A stretch of 64,000 nucleotides of DNA from Promethearchaeota archaeon. Its GTDB lineage: Archaea > Asgardarchaeota > Lokiarchaeia > Sigyniarchaeales > SOKP01. Positions 28,783 through 39,221 of the stretch are shown here, piece after piece. The translations under genes were made by a program, and so were the position numbers. The stretch is from assembly GCA_019058445.1 (NCBI GenBank), contig JAHPZA010000010.1, forward strand, positions 96,001-160,000. The letters are read 5' to 3'. Under the pieces are notes generated by a model. The model made no database searches, was not told where the DNA came from, and saw nothing but the letters and a program-made list of their open reading frames with translations. Position 1 is the stretch's first letter. Each line of letters begins with the position of its first letter.

Positions 28783-30024
28783 ATGTTTCTAAGAAAAATC
28801 TACAACCAGACATATTTAATTATCCCCATAATTTGTATTAACTTTTATGCCTTAATTTGTCTATTTTTTGTTTCAAACAAGTTTTATTACGATTTTGAAG
28901 TTTTTTATAATGCTGGCAGGCAAGTTTTCTTAGATCCAGCTCATCTTTATGATGTTATTGGTTTTTATTATATGCCCAATTTTGCGATTTTATTTGCTGT
29001 TTCTTTCTCTTTAATGCCATTTATTGTATCATATTACCTCTGGTTTTTTGTTAATTACATTTCAGCAATTTTTTTCATTATAGAATTTAATAAAGTTTTA
29101 AATTTGATGGATATTAAAAAAAAATCACATAGATTTCTGTTTCTGATAATAATTTCAAATGGAATGCTTGTGTATCATAATTTCTTTTTTAATCAATCAA
29201 AATATCTTGTGGGTTTAATACTTCTTGTTATAGTAAGAAGAGAACTTGTCTATAAAGAAACAAATGGGGAATTTACAAAGGATATTAAGTATTTTATGAT
29301 AAACTATGGCTTGTTTATTTTTATACTCGGTTTAGCCCCCTATTTTATTTTTCTCTTAATAATTTATTTTATTTATGATATCAGAAACAAAGAAGAACTT
29401 AAAAATAAAAATTTAATAGTAGTTTCAATCATTGTATTTATGTTTATATTTCAAAATTTTTTATTTATAATATATCCTTCATTAATTTTCGAATTCATTA
29501 ATGGGTTTTTCTTCCCAGTTGAACGAGAAACTTTAATGATTTTTTATTTACAAGAATTTATATCTGTTTCCAGTACAATAATTTTTTTGTTTACCATTAT
29601 AATAATCATTATCTTATCAGTAATCACTTTACTGTTGGTTTTAAATAAAAGTTTAGAGATCCATGAGAAGTTTAGTTATTTTTCTTTGGGGTACTTATTT
29701 TTTGGTATGTTTAGCACTTATGGCCATGGAGTGATTTTATTAGCCTTTATTCTTTTACTATTTACTCCACACATGGACCAAAAAGCAAAAGCTACTGAAT
29801 TTATTAAGAGCAATAAAATTTTTTTGATTGGATTAATTTCAATTGCTGGACTCTTTTTCGTGCCGTTCAGTTATACGGCCTATAGGCATTTTCCGCTGTT
29901 AAAAGTATATCCATTTTCTCTATTTTTCTTATTAAGATGGATATTTTTTCTTAGCATAATGACGATTTCTTTAATTGTTTTGAAATTGTCAGATAGGAGC
30001 AAAGAGTCTTTATTAAATGAATAG
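28783..30024 (+). CDS. GT87/DUF2029-like multi-TM glycosyltransferase
   Basis: DFEVFYNAG...LY...FYYMP.FA luminal loop after TM1, then many TMs. Confidence 0.7.
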   Translation: MFLRKIYNQTYLIIPIICINFYALICLFFVSNKFYYDFEVFYNAGRQVFLDPAHLYDVIGFYYMPNFAILFAVSFSLMPFIVSYYLWFFVNYISAIFFIIEFNKVLNLMDIKKKSHRFLFLIIISNGMLVYHNFFFNQSKYLVGLILLVIVRRELVYKETNGEFTKDIKYFMINYGLFIFILGLAPYFIFLLIIYFIYDIRNKEELKNKNLIVVSIIVFMFIFQNFLFIIYPSLIFEFINGFFFPVERETLMIFYLQEFISVSSTIIFLFTIIIIIILSVITLLLVLNKSLEIHEKFSYFSLGYLFFGMFSTYGHGVILLAFILLLFTPHMDQKAKATEFIKSNKIFLIGLISIAGLFFVPFSYTAYRHFPLLKVYPFSLFFLLRWIFFLSIMTISLIVLKLSDRSKESLLNE

Positions 30025-30099
30025 TAGTTTTATTAAAGGAATTATTTAAAACCTATTACGATTTTCTAAAAAAAATTTTTATAATTTATTTAAATCATA

Positions 30100-30855
30100 T
30101 TAAAGCTTACGAATTATAACTGTACCTAATACATCAGGTATTTCTAGTATTTTTTCCGGTTTATCTCTCATAAATTCATTTACAGCTCTGAAGACTCCTG
30201 CTTTTGATTCTTGTGGATTATGATAATCATGAATAAAAATATAACCTCCTTTAGAAACTCGTGGATAAAAAAATTCCAATCCTTTAAGAGTTGATAAGTA
30301 TAAATCAGCATCTAGATAAATAAATGAAAAAATTTCTGATTCTAAACCTCTTGAAGTTTCAGGGAATATTCCTTTTCTTATTTTAATGTTATGTAAATTT
30401 CCTATATTTTTTTTGACAATATCCAATCGAGTGTCTTTAAATCTAGTTATATCTTTTTTATTTTCTAAATAATCAATAGGAAAACCTTCAAAAGTATCAA
30501 ATAGATACAGAATTCTTTCAGGAGCTAATTTATGTATGATTTTACTTGACTCACCTCTAAACACGCCTAATTCTGCGAAATGTCCTTTAATATTCTCATT
30601 TTTAATTGTTTGTATAGCTAAAGCAATAGTTGCATATCTAATTGGATCCCATGAGGAGGAGATTAATTGATTATGTAAGAAAAAATTGTACGGAGGATTG
30701 TTAATCAAGATTTTTTTTGCTATTTCTGCTTTAAAGCCATAATAGAGAAAATTAAGATATCGATTTTGTTTTATTAATTTACTTAGAAAACTTGTTTTTG
30801 AATTTTTAAATAAATAATTAATTCGTGAATTTATTACTTCAAAGATGTCTCTCAT
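30100..30855 (-). CDS. TylF/MycF/NovP family O-methyltransferase
   Basis: GHFAELGVFRG, LFDTFEGFP, KGIFPET, LDADLY, GGYIFIHDY. Confidence 0.9.
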   Translation of the reverse strand: MRDIFEVINSRINYLFKNSKTSFLSKLIKQNRYLNFLYYGFKAEIAKKILINNPPYNFFLHNQLISSSWDPIRYATIALAIQTIKNENIKGHFAELGVFRGESSKIIHKLAPERILYLFDTFEGFPIDYLENKKDITRFKDTRLDIVKKNIGNLHNIKIRKGIFPETSRGLESEIFSFIYLDADLYLSTLKGLEFFYPRVSKGGYIFIHDYHNPQESKAGVFRAVNEFMRDKPEKILEIPDVLGTVIIRKL

Positions 30856-30858
30856 TTT

Positions 30859-32208
30859 TTATATTATATCAATGTTGTTTGTAATTTCTTTTCTTTGGTT
30901 TTCTCTTTTATGCAATAGTATAATGCATATGACAATTATTAAATATAAAAAGATATATCTCAAAAACAATAGAGCTATTGGAATATAAATTATGATTGGA
31001 AATACTCTTATTATATAATGGATGGGAGGCATAAAATAAATAATCATAATAGAACAAAGAGGAATTAATATTAAATAGTTCTCTTTGATAAAAATGACTA
31101 TCTTTTTACTTTCTACTATTTCATAATCGAGAAATAATAATGCTATTAATGGAAGTAACCCAACAAAATAGCGATCTTGAGTAAATGTAAAAAAGAATAA
31201 TGATAATAATGCCCAGTAGGCAAATTTTTGCTCAATTGTTAAATTCCCTCGAGAATGGATTATTATTGTAATAATACTCATTAAGACCATCGAGAGTAGT
31301 AAGATATTAATATATAAAGCGGAGAGATCGAAATAAATGGACAGTACTAAAATCAAAATAGTTAAACCATCTACAGAATCCCTTGGACGATTTTCTTCAT
31401 GATAAGAATAAGTTAATCTTGATCGAGGTATTGAAAGTATACGCTCACCACGGTATGATCCACCAAGAAGATTAAGGATTGCTGTGGGATTTATTATGAA
31501 AATTATTATTATCATGAAATTTAAAATGAAAAATGAAGCAGTTATTAAAAGATATCTTTTAGCCTGAGCTTTGTTAAAAATTTCGTTAAACTTTACATTA
31601 TGAAAAAGATATAGAAGTACTAAGAAAAAATATTGAGGTGTCATCCCTATAGAAAATACTAAAATCAGCATTTGAGTAAAAATGAATGAAGTTTTATTTG
31701 TATCTTTATTTAATTTTCTATATTTTATTTCTCTTTTTAAGAACCACAATAAACCGAAAGCTGTAAATATTCTTCCAGTTAAATTATCGAACATTTGAAC
31801 GAAAGTTATTCCATTACTCAAAGTGAGTAAAATTAAAAACCTATGAAATCTATTAGATATATCCTTTAGAATGAGAATTTGATTAAATATAATAAGGCAG
31901 AGTTCTGTAAAAATAATTATTAAAAAGAAATAAAACCAATGAGCTTGCTCAAAAGTCAATAATCCCATTGGGGCTAGTACAGTAGCAAAAAAAGGAGTAT
32001 AGGTGTAGGGTTGAACTTCAAGAAAATAAATTTGGTCAGGTTGAGTGAAAATTAATTGCGACACATAATAGAATGTAGGAAAATCCGCAGCGGGTATAAG
32101 AGTAAATCCATCTTTATATAATGCTATAAAAGCCCAGAAAAGGATGCAACAAAGTGGAATTAAAAGAAATAAATTATCAATTATTTTTTTTAAAATAGTA
32201 AGAGTCAT
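30859..32208 (-). CDS. GT87/DUF2029-like multi-TM glycosyltransferase
   Basis: DFPTFY...IY...YTYTPFFA loop; shares HRFL.L...SNG with the 28783 paralogue. Confidence 0.7.
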   Translation of the reverse strand: MTLTILKKIIDNLFLLIPLCCILFWAFIALYKDGFTLIPAADFPTFYYVSQLIFTQPDQIYFLEVQPYTYTPFFATVLAPMGLLTFEQAHWFYFFLIIIFTELCLIIFNQILILKDISNRFHRFLILLTLSNGITFVQMFDNLTGRIFTAFGLLWFLKREIKYRKLNKDTNKTSFIFTQMLILVFSIGMTPQYFFLVLLYLFHNVKFNEIFNKAQAKRYLLITASFFILNFMIIIIFIINPTAILNLLGGSYRGERILSIPRSRLTYSYHEENRPRDSVDGLTILILVLSIYFDLSALYINILLLSMVLMSIITIIIHSRGNLTIEQKFAYWALLSLFFFTFTQDRYFVGLLPLIALLFLDYEIVESKKIVIFIKENYLILIPLCSIMIIYFMPPIHYIIRVFPIIIYIPIALLFLRYIFLYLIIVICIILLHKRENQRKEITNNIDII

Positions 32209-32378
32209 AGTTTTAAAGGCTTTATAATTTCCTTAGCGGTATGCTTTTTATCTATGATTTGTAGTAAAAGAAGCTATATAAAGAATTTTAATTATATCAT
32301 GTAAATTCTAAAGTAAAAGTGATTTGAATAAAATCATGAAATTAGATCTTATTTTGCAAGGGTTTGTGTTTTTGGGTT

Positions 32379-33095
32379 TCATGATTTTATTATTTTTTTA
32401 CCTCTTAATTTTATTCTAAAAAGAGCAATATTCACATATAGAATTTTTTTTAAATTTAGTTTTGAGACTCCTCCAGCTCTTTCATAATAGGTTATTGGTA
32501 CTTCTATAAAGTTTGCTTTACATAACTTACAAGCATATAATATTTCTTCTACTATTTCTGGATTAATTGAAATAAACTCATCTAAATTAAATTTTTCTAT
32601 TATTTCTTTTTTAAATACTCGAAATCCACTGGTACAATCTTTAATATTTAAACCAAAAAGAGTTCTTATCAATTTATTTGCTAAGGTTGAAATCTTTTTT
32701 CGTAAATTATTTCTCCCTTTTTCTTGTCCTTTTTCTATGAATCTAGAACCAATAAGTACATCATATTTGGGAAAAAATTGTAAAAACACAGGTAAATATT
32801 TTGGATGATGTGAAAAATCAGCATCCATCTCGATGATGATATCATTATCTGTTTGAATAAAATATTTTAATGCCTCTACCCCTGCCAATCCCCGTCCTCT
32901 CTTACCAGTTCGTTTGATTAACGTTATATTATTATAAATTTTTTGCTTGTCATAAATTATTTTTAAAGTGCCATCTGTGCTATTATCATCTACAATTAAA
33001 ATTTCCTTTTTAAAATTGAATTTATTTAAAATATCTATCAATTTACCAATGTTCTCTTTTTCATTATAAGTCGGTAAAAAGATTAAGATTTTCAT
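32379..33095 (-). CDS. polyprenol/dolichol-phosphate mannose synthase-like GT2
   Basis: PTYNEKEN, VDDNSTDGT, MDADFSH.P, GSRF, DCTSGFR, EVPI...R..G.SK. Confidence 0.9.
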   Translation of the reverse strand: MKILIFLPTYNEKENIGKLIDILNKFNFKKEILIVDDNSTDGTLKIIYDKQKIYNNITLIKRTGKRGRGLAGVEALKYFIQTDNDIIIEMDADFSHHPKYLPVFLQFFPKYDVLIGSRFIEKGQEKGRNNLRKKISTLANKLIRTLFGLNIKDCTSGFRVFKKEIIEKFNLDEFISINPEIVEEILYACKLCKANFIEVPITYYERAGGVSKLNLKKILYVNIALFRIKLRGKKIIKS

Positions 33096-33321
33096 ACTTT
33101 ATTTGATCAATACTCTCTTTTTTTTTTAAAATTATCCAACTTCATCATCTTTGAATTAAATAATCATAATATCCTTTACTTTTAATATTTGATTTTGAAT
33201 ATATTCTAATTTAAAGGATTTAAATTATTTTTAGGAAATTTCTAAATCAAAAAGTTATAAATATTAAAAATATAGTAATTATTTAATTTAGCATATATAG
33301 AAATATTAATTTGAATACATA

Positions 33322-33747
33322 ATGGTAGAACTGAGAGCAAATTTAATCTCCAGATCTTTTATAACGCAAATGATTAAGTTTGCAATTGTTGGAGCCCTAG
33401 GAACCTTAGTAAATATCTCAATCCTTTATATTTTAACTGAAATCTTTAACATTTACTATATTATCTCAGAAATATTTGCATTTTTTATTTCAGGATTAAA
33501 TAATTACATATTTAATAAGATTTGGACATTCAGTGAAAACTTAGAAGCAGAGGCCATAAAAAAATATTTTAAATTCATAATAATAAGTCTCATTTCCTTA
33601 TTAGTAAATCTGGGTGTTCTTTTTATTTTAGTTGAGGTATATTTAATTTGGTATATTTATGCAGAGATAGGGGCAATCTTTTGTGCCTTTTTGATAAATT
33701 TTTTTGGAAATAAAGTATGGACATTTAATAACAAAACTGAAAAATGA
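33322..33747 (+). CDS. GtrA family flippase-like protein
   Basis: KFAIVGALGTLVN, NYIFNKIWTF, NFFGNKVWTF; 4 TM. Confidence 0.9.
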   Translation: MVELRANLISRSFITQMIKFAIVGALGTLVNISILYILTEIFNIYYIISEIFAFFISGLNNYIFNKIWTFSENLEAEAIKKYFKFIIISLISLLVNLGVLFILVEVYLIWYIYAEIGAIFCAFLINFFGNKVWTFNNKTEK

Positions 33748-33796
33748 GTTACACTATATTCTTTTTTTAAAAATAAACAAGTAAGGCAGTATAAAA

Positions 33797-34873
33797 ATGA
33801 ATGAAATTGATAAATTCAGAAAACAGATTGATAATATCGATGAGAAAATTTTAGATCTATTAAATATGAGAGGAGAAATAGTTAAAAAAATAGGGCTTTA
33901 TAAGAAGAACAATAATATTGAAATATATCAACCCGCAAGGGAAAATGAAGTTATTGACAAGTTAAAAAGTTTAACTAAAGTTTTAAAACCGAATAATATC
34001 GAATCTATTTGGAAGGAGATTATGGGCGCCTGTAAAGTTTTAGAAGGTTCTATTTTTAAAGTTGGATATTTAGGACCCCAAGGGAGCTTTACATATCAAG
34101 CTGCCTTGGATTTCTTTCCAAAAGCAGGTACTGATTTTATTCCATGTAAAAGTATAGTGGAAATATTTGAAAATATAGAAAAAGATACTTTAGAGTTCGG
34201 TGTCGTTCCAATTGAAAACAGTCTTCAAGGGACTGTACGGGAAACTTTAGATTTATTAATTGAAAAAAATCTCATAATATATGGAGAAATAGAAATTAGA
34301 ATTGTACTTAATCTGATTTCTCTTACAAATTCGAATCTCTCAAAAATTAAAACCATCTATTCTCATCCACAGGCTTTCGCACAGGCAAGAATGTGGTTAA
34401 AAACAAATGTTCCTACCGCAAAATTAATTAATATTGATTCAACTTCAGAAGCCGTTAAAAAAGTAAAGGATTCAAATGATGTAACCTTTGGTGCCATAGG
34501 AACGGAATTTGCTTGCAAGCTACATGATTTAAGCATACTTAGCTCGAATATAGAAGATAATCCATCTAATTTTACAAGATTTTTAATAATCTCAAAAAGA
34601 AAAAATGAAATAAGGGGAGAAAGAATAAAAACTTCCATAGTTTACGTAGTAAAACATGTACCTGGTGCATTATATAGCGTATTGAAACCATTTTCTGATG
34701 CAAATATAAATTTAACAAAAATAGAATCTCGACCTAGGAGAAGGGGAAAATGGGAGTATATTTTTCTGATGGACTTTGAAGGAGATAAGGATACTCCTGA
34801 AATTCAAGAAGTTATTGAACATATGACTCATAATGTGATCTGGTTTAAAATTTTAGGCACTTATCCATACTAA
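33797..34873 (+). CDS. pheA: bifunctional chorismate mutase / prephenate dehydratase (P-protein)
   Basis: R.QIDNID..IL.LLN.R, YLGPQGSF, VPIENS, SHPQA, NFTRF, PGAL, LTKIESRP. Confidence 0.95.
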   Translation: MNEIDKFRKQIDNIDEKILDLLNMRGEIVKKIGLYKKNNNIEIYQPARENEVIDKLKSLTKVLKPNNIESIWKEIMGACKVLEGSIFKVGYLGPQGSFTYQAALDFFPKAGTDFIPCKSIVEIFENIEKDTLEFGVVPIENSLQGTVRETLDLLIEKNLIIYGEIEIRIVLNLISLTNSNLSKIKTIYSHPQAFAQARMWLKTNVPTAKLINIDSTSEAVKKVKDSNDVTFGAIGTEFACKLHDLSILSSNIEDNPSNFTRFLIISKRKNEIRGERIKTSIVYVVKHVPGALYSVLKPFSDANINLTKIESRPRRRGKWEYIFLMDFEGDKDTPEIQEVIEHMTHNVIWFKILGTYPY

Positions 34874-34970
34874 AGAATCCTTACTTAGTTTTTTATAAAA
34901 TTAGAAAGTTTTTTACATTAAAAAAAATATATCTAATTTACTCTCTATTACTTAAGAATAGATTTGAGAT

Positions 34971-35687
34971 TTGATAATGACTCTTAGAATTGATGGACGT
35001 AAGGATGATGAGATAAGAAAAACTACAATACAGAGGAATTATCTTAAATATCCAGAAGGTTCTGTTTTAATCACACAAGGCAATACTAAAGTTATTGTAA
35101 CTGCCTCGGTGTTAGATTATGTTCCGAGATTTCTAGAAGATACGGGGACGGGATGGATAACAGCAGAGTATAGCATGTTACCTAGAGCTACACAGGTAAG
35201 AAACAGTCGAGATAAGACAAGAGGAAGAACTATTGAGATCCAACGTTTAATAGGAAGGAGTATTAGGGCTGCTTTTAATTATGAGAAAATTGGTGAGCGC
35301 ACTATTAGAATAGATTGTGATGTAATCCAAGCAGACGGAGGAACAAGATGCGCTTCAATAACGGGAGCATTTGTAGCTGTGTTTGATGCTTTAAAATTCC
35401 TTTATGATGAGCGATTGATTTATGAGTTTCCTAATTATAAAACAACAGCAGCAGTGTCTTTAGGAATAAAAAATTCTGAATTATTGTTGGATTTAGACTA
35501 TAGTGAAGATTCCAAAGTTGATGTAGATTTTAATCTTATTATGAATGAAGATATGGAATACATTGAAATTCAAGGGACCGCTGAGGGAGCAACATTCAAT
35601 AGAAAAAGTTTATTAGAATTACTAAAGTTAGGAGAAAAAGGAATTAAAGATTTAATTGAGATACAAAAACAAGTTTTAAATTTATAA
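34971..35687 (+). CDS. rph: ribonuclease PH, bacterial type
   Basis: [50 protein letters not shown]. Confidence 0.9.
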   Translation: MIMTLRIDGRKDDEIRKTTIQRNYLKYPEGSVLITQGNTKVIVTASVLDYVPRFLEDTGTGWITAEYSMLPRATQVRNSRDKTRGRTIEIQRLIGRSIRAAFNYEKIGERTIRIDCDVIQADGGTRCASITGAFVAVFDALKFLYDERLIYEFPNYKTTAAVSLGIKNSELLLDLDYSEDSKVDVDFNLIMNEDMEYIEIQGTAEGATFNRKSLLELLKLGEKGIKDLIEIQKQVLNL

Positions 35688-35714
35688 TTTTTTCATAAAC
35701 AATTTAGCTTTATT

Positions 35715-36866
35715 CTAATGGGCCTCTATACCTAATTGTTCAGGATGTTCCTGGAAATATTTTACTCCTTCTTTTATAATGTCTAATATCGATCTCGTAG
35801 GATACCATCCTGTATCTTTTACAATTTTATCATTTAAACCGATTAATAAGGGAACTTCACTCGGTCGAAGCCTATTTTTGTCTACAAAAACATCTGCAGA
35901 AACATTGAAAAGACTTTTTGCTAATGTTACATAGTCTGCAACTGTGATTCCTTTTCCAGTACAAACATTATAAGGTTCTGCGAACTTTTTTTTCTCACAC
36001 ACTAAAATATAAGCATTTATAGTATCTTTTACGTGGGTGAAATCTCTGATAGAATTAGGATTTCCAATGATAATATTATTTCTATTTTTTTCTAAAATTT
36101 CTACGATTTGTCTATGAATTACGCTGGTTACAAATTGTATCCCTCTGCGGGGACCTTCATGATTGAATCCGCGTGTAATGATTGAAGGGACTCCATAAGA
36201 GTTATTATATAGCCAAGCTATTTGTTCAGTAGCTACTTTAGTGATTCCATAGACACTTCGGGGGCGAAATGGATTTTTTTTGACATCTTCAGTAACAGGA
36301 ACTTCTTCAGGATCCACTAGTCCATATTGCTCACTGCTGCATGCGACTTGGATACTTTCCAATTCGTCTCCAAACCTTCTTGCAGCTTCAAATATTTTAA
36401 TGGTTCCTTTAATATTGTTAGTTATTACTCTGGCAGGTTCTCTAAAAGAAGTGGGAACAAAGGATTCTGCTGCCAAATGAAAAACTGCATTTGGTCGTAA
36501 TTTATCAAAAATTCTGTAAATTCTTTCAGCACTTGTGATATCTGCTTCGTGTAAAGAGATATGTCCCCGTAAATGCTCAATATTTTCATGCATTGGAACC
36601 GCATGTCTTCGTATTGTTCCATGAACTTCACATCCTAAATCTAATAATTGTTCAGCTAAATGACTCCCTGCAAAGCCACTAATCCCAGTTATTAAAACTC
36701 TTTTATCTTCCCAGAATTTTTCATTTGGTAAAGCAGAAGTACGACTTTTGAAATTAGTAAGATAATCATCGATTTTTTCAGGTTTAATTATGAAACCAAG
36801 TTTTTCAAGTTCATTAACGCGGGGATTTTCTTCAATTACATTTTCAATAGGTATAAGATGACTCAT
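35715..36866 (-). CDS. gmd: GDP-mannose 4,6-dehydratase-like SDR
   Basis: LITGISGFAGSHL, HLAAESFV..SF, SSEQYG, PRSVYG.TK, FNHEGPRRG..FVT, RLRPSEV. An Rmd-type reductase is not excluded. Confidence 0.75.
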   Translation of the reverse strand: MSHLIPIENVIEENPRVNELEKLGFIIKPEKIDDYLTNFKSRTSALPNEKFWEDKRVLITGISGFAGSHLAEQLLDLGCEVHGTIRRHAVPMHENIEHLRGHISLHEADITSAERIYRIFDKLRPNAVFHLAAESFVPTSFREPARVITNNIKGTIKIFEAARRFGDELESIQVACSSEQYGLVDPEEVPVTEDVKKNPFRPRSVYGITKVATEQIAWLYNNSYGVPSIITRGFNHEGPRRGIQFVTSVIHRQIVEILEKNRNNIIIGNPNSIRDFTHVKDTINAYILVCEKKKFAEPYNVCTGKGITVADYVTLAKSLFNVSADVFVDKNRLRPSEVPLLIGLNDKIVKDTGWYPTRSILDIIKEGVKYFQEHPEQLGIEAH

Positions 36867-36970
36867 AGTTGTACAGATTATTAATGTATTATTTATTTTT
36901 AATTTAATTATTAAATTTTAGTGACATTCTTAATAATTGCTTGCGAATTTCAATATAATATGAAAACGCA

Positions 36971-37303
36971 TTAATTTTGTAAAATTTTTATGATTTTTTC
37001 ATTTCGTTCATCAAGATAAAATCTGACTTTTTTTAATTTTAAATAGTTATTATCAGAAAAATCGTGTTTAATAATAGTTAATGATATTATAGAAAAATCT
37101 AAAGTAGCACTTTTATGTTCTCTTTTTCCATTTAAAATATGATTTAAATCTGATTCAAATAAAGTGGAGTATTCTTTATATAGTCTTTTTATATCATATT
37201 TATCTAATTTTTTAATCATGATATCCACGTCTCGATAACTCGAAAAATATTCAATAAGTATGTTGCTTTCTTTTAAAAGTTTCAGAAGTTTTGTAGAGAT
37301 CAT
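36971..37303 (-). CDS. hypothetical protein
   Basis: 110 aa ORF with a GAGGA element upstream, co-oriented between trx and gmd; no motif recognised. Confidence 0.55.
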   Translation of the reverse strand: MISTKLLKLLKESNILIEYFSSYRDVDIMIKKLDKYDIKRLYKEYSTLFESDLNHILNGKREHKSATLDFSIISLTIIKHDFSDNNYLKLKKVRFYLDERNEKIIKILQN

Positions 37304-37361
37304 CTGTTATCCTCAAGTTTTATTTGTTCTTTCTTTTACATAATATGCTTCGAACAATTAT

Positions 37362-37676
37362 TTATTTTATAATTTTCTCTATCATACTAATTAAATCTTT
37401 TTTTGATTGAGCTCCAATACGAGAGTCTATTAATTTACCGTCTTTAAATATGCTAAAAGTGGGTACGCCTGTTAACTCATATCTTTGTGGTGTTTTTCGA
37501 TTTCTATCAATGTTTAACTTTGCTATCAAAACTTTCCCATCAAATTCCTCCTCTAATTCATTGAGCACATAGTCCATCATTTTACATGGAACACACCATG
37601 ATGCCCAAAATTCAATTAATACGGGTAATGGTGAATTAATTATTTTTTCATTAAAGTCTTTATCAGTGACATTCAT
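37362..37676 (-). CDS. trxA: thioredoxin
   Basis: EFWASWCVPCK, GVPT, 104 aa. Confidence 0.93.
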   Translation of the reverse strand: MNVTDKDFNEKIINSPLPVLIEFWASWCVPCKMMDYVLNELEEEFDGKVLIAKLNIDRNRKTPQRYELTGVPTFSIFKDGKLIDSRIGAQSKKDLISMIEKIIK

Positions 37677-37694
37677 TTTTTTAATAAGATTCTT

Positions 37695-39212
37695 TTAATT
37701 ATCAAATTTTGGTTTAAAACCTTTAATTGGTTTAGTTCCCGGATCATATCTTTCTAACACTTTCATTTCACGTTTTTTTCCTTGCCAAGTTGTTATTGGC
37801 ATAATTGTATGCTTTTTCATTTCTATTCGATTTTTTATTTCTGGCTCTTTTAGTACTGCAAAAATTCTTTCAATCTCTTCTTCTAATGTAATCTGGGGCG
37901 TAAATCCAAAAACATGCGGTAATTTTTTAGATACTACTTCAAAAGGATGGGTATCAGCTTCAACGCGTGGATTTTCTAATCTCTGAATTTTAACATCTAA
38001 ATCAAACTTTTCTTTCCCTACGTGAGCAACTGATTCAGCTAATTCAGAAAGTTTATGTAAACCTGATACTTGGTTTACCACATCATATTGACCAGGTTCT
38101 GGCGGTGAAATAATTAATCTAATCATACATTGCATTGCGTCATTTAGTGCAATAAATCCTCTTATTTGTTCTCCCTTTCCATAAATAGTTAAAGGAATAT
38201 TTACAACTGCTTGAGCAACAAATCTATTAATCACAGTCCCAAACCACTCATCTATATCATAGCGAGTTCTTAACCTATTATCCATTGCCAATTCTTCTGT
38301 ATATACACCAAAAATCACACCTTGCATTACATCATAGGATCTTAGCCACCAATATTTGCATGCTTCCAAAATATTAAATGTATCTTGAACTTTACTTACA
38401 TGATAGAAACTAGCGGGATCTCGCGGGGTTGTTTCACCTCCTAGGCTCCATTTCCTATCATCCCACTCGATAATTGCATCTGCAGGAAATAATCCCTCAT
38501 AAAGCGGTCTGCCTGTTAAAGGAGTTCCGTATTCCCCCATTGTCCCTAACTTTATTAAACTTGTTTCCGGGACAACTTCTTTCATCAACCATAATAATTT
38601 TAATGTGCCTAATACATTATTCTCTTGAACTTTAACTGCATGTTCTAGATCAGCCATACTGTATGGAGCACTTGGAATTTCAGCGTAGTGTACGATAGAT
38701 TCTGGTTTAACTTCTTCTAAAAATTCTCTTAATTTTGCTGTTGCATTAAGATTTAATTTTCTAAAATTAATATTTATCCCAAGAACATCCCTGGCAACTT
38801 CTAACCTTTCTGTCATTCTTTTAATTGGTACAATAGTATGTGCACCCTTTTCCATAACACAATCTCTACGGGTAAAATTATCTAGTCCACTTACTTGAAA
38901 ACCTAATTTCGCCAATTTTAGAGCTAAACTCCATCCTAAATATCCATCAATCCCTAGAATCATTACCTTCATTTCTTTCAATATATACCCATATTCTGTT
39001 GGAGTCCATTCAGGACATTGCTCAAATGTAATATTAGGTTCAAAATAGCCTAATTCAGGTCGTCTTCTGCATTCAATTACAATTTCTTCTTCTTCACCTA
39101 AATCTAAACCCTTATCTCTCGCTTGACCACACGCTCTAAAATCCACGTTCCCCATCAATTTCGCTGCTGGACAATTCCAACAGGTTTTATTAGCATTATA
39201 CATTTTTACCAA
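37695..39212 (-). CDS. UDP-sulfoquinovose synthase (SQD1/SqdB/Agl3 family) with extra N-terminal Cys-rich domain
   Basis: GIDGYLGW, SAPYSM, NNVLGT, KLGTMGEYGTP, SFYHVSK, QGVIFG, FGTVINRF, PLTIYGKGEQ.RG, ENPRVE. Confidence 0.88.
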   Translation of the reverse strand: MVKMYNANKTCWNCPAAKLMGNVDFRACGQARDKGLDLGEEEEIVIECRRRPELGYFEPNITFEQCPEWTPTEYGYILKEMKVMILGIDGYLGWSLALKLAKLGFQVSGLDNFTRRDCVMEKGAHTIVPIKRMTERLEVARDVLGININFRKLNLNATAKLREFLEEVKPESIVHYAEIPSAPYSMADLEHAVKVQENNVLGTLKLLWLMKEVVPETSLIKLGTMGEYGTPLTGRPLYEGLFPADAIIEWDDRKWSLGGETTPRDPASFYHVSKVQDTFNILEACKYWWLRSYDVMQGVIFGVYTEELAMDNRLRTRYDIDEWFGTVINRFVAQAVVNIPLTIYGKGEQIRGFIALNDAMQCMIRLIISPPEPGQYDVVNQVSGLHKLSELAESVAHVGKEKFDLDVKIQRLENPRVEADTHPFEVVSKKLPHVFGFTPQITLEEEIERIFAVLKEPEIKNRIEMKKHTIMPITTWQGKKREMKVLERYDPGTKPIKGFKPKFDN

Positions 39213-39221
39213 TTTAAACTC

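Noticed and set aside
9068-34873. Functional link between U32 (prephenate-dependent hydroxylases) and pheA
   Set aside because: The genes are more than 23 kb apart, with no evidence of co-regulation.
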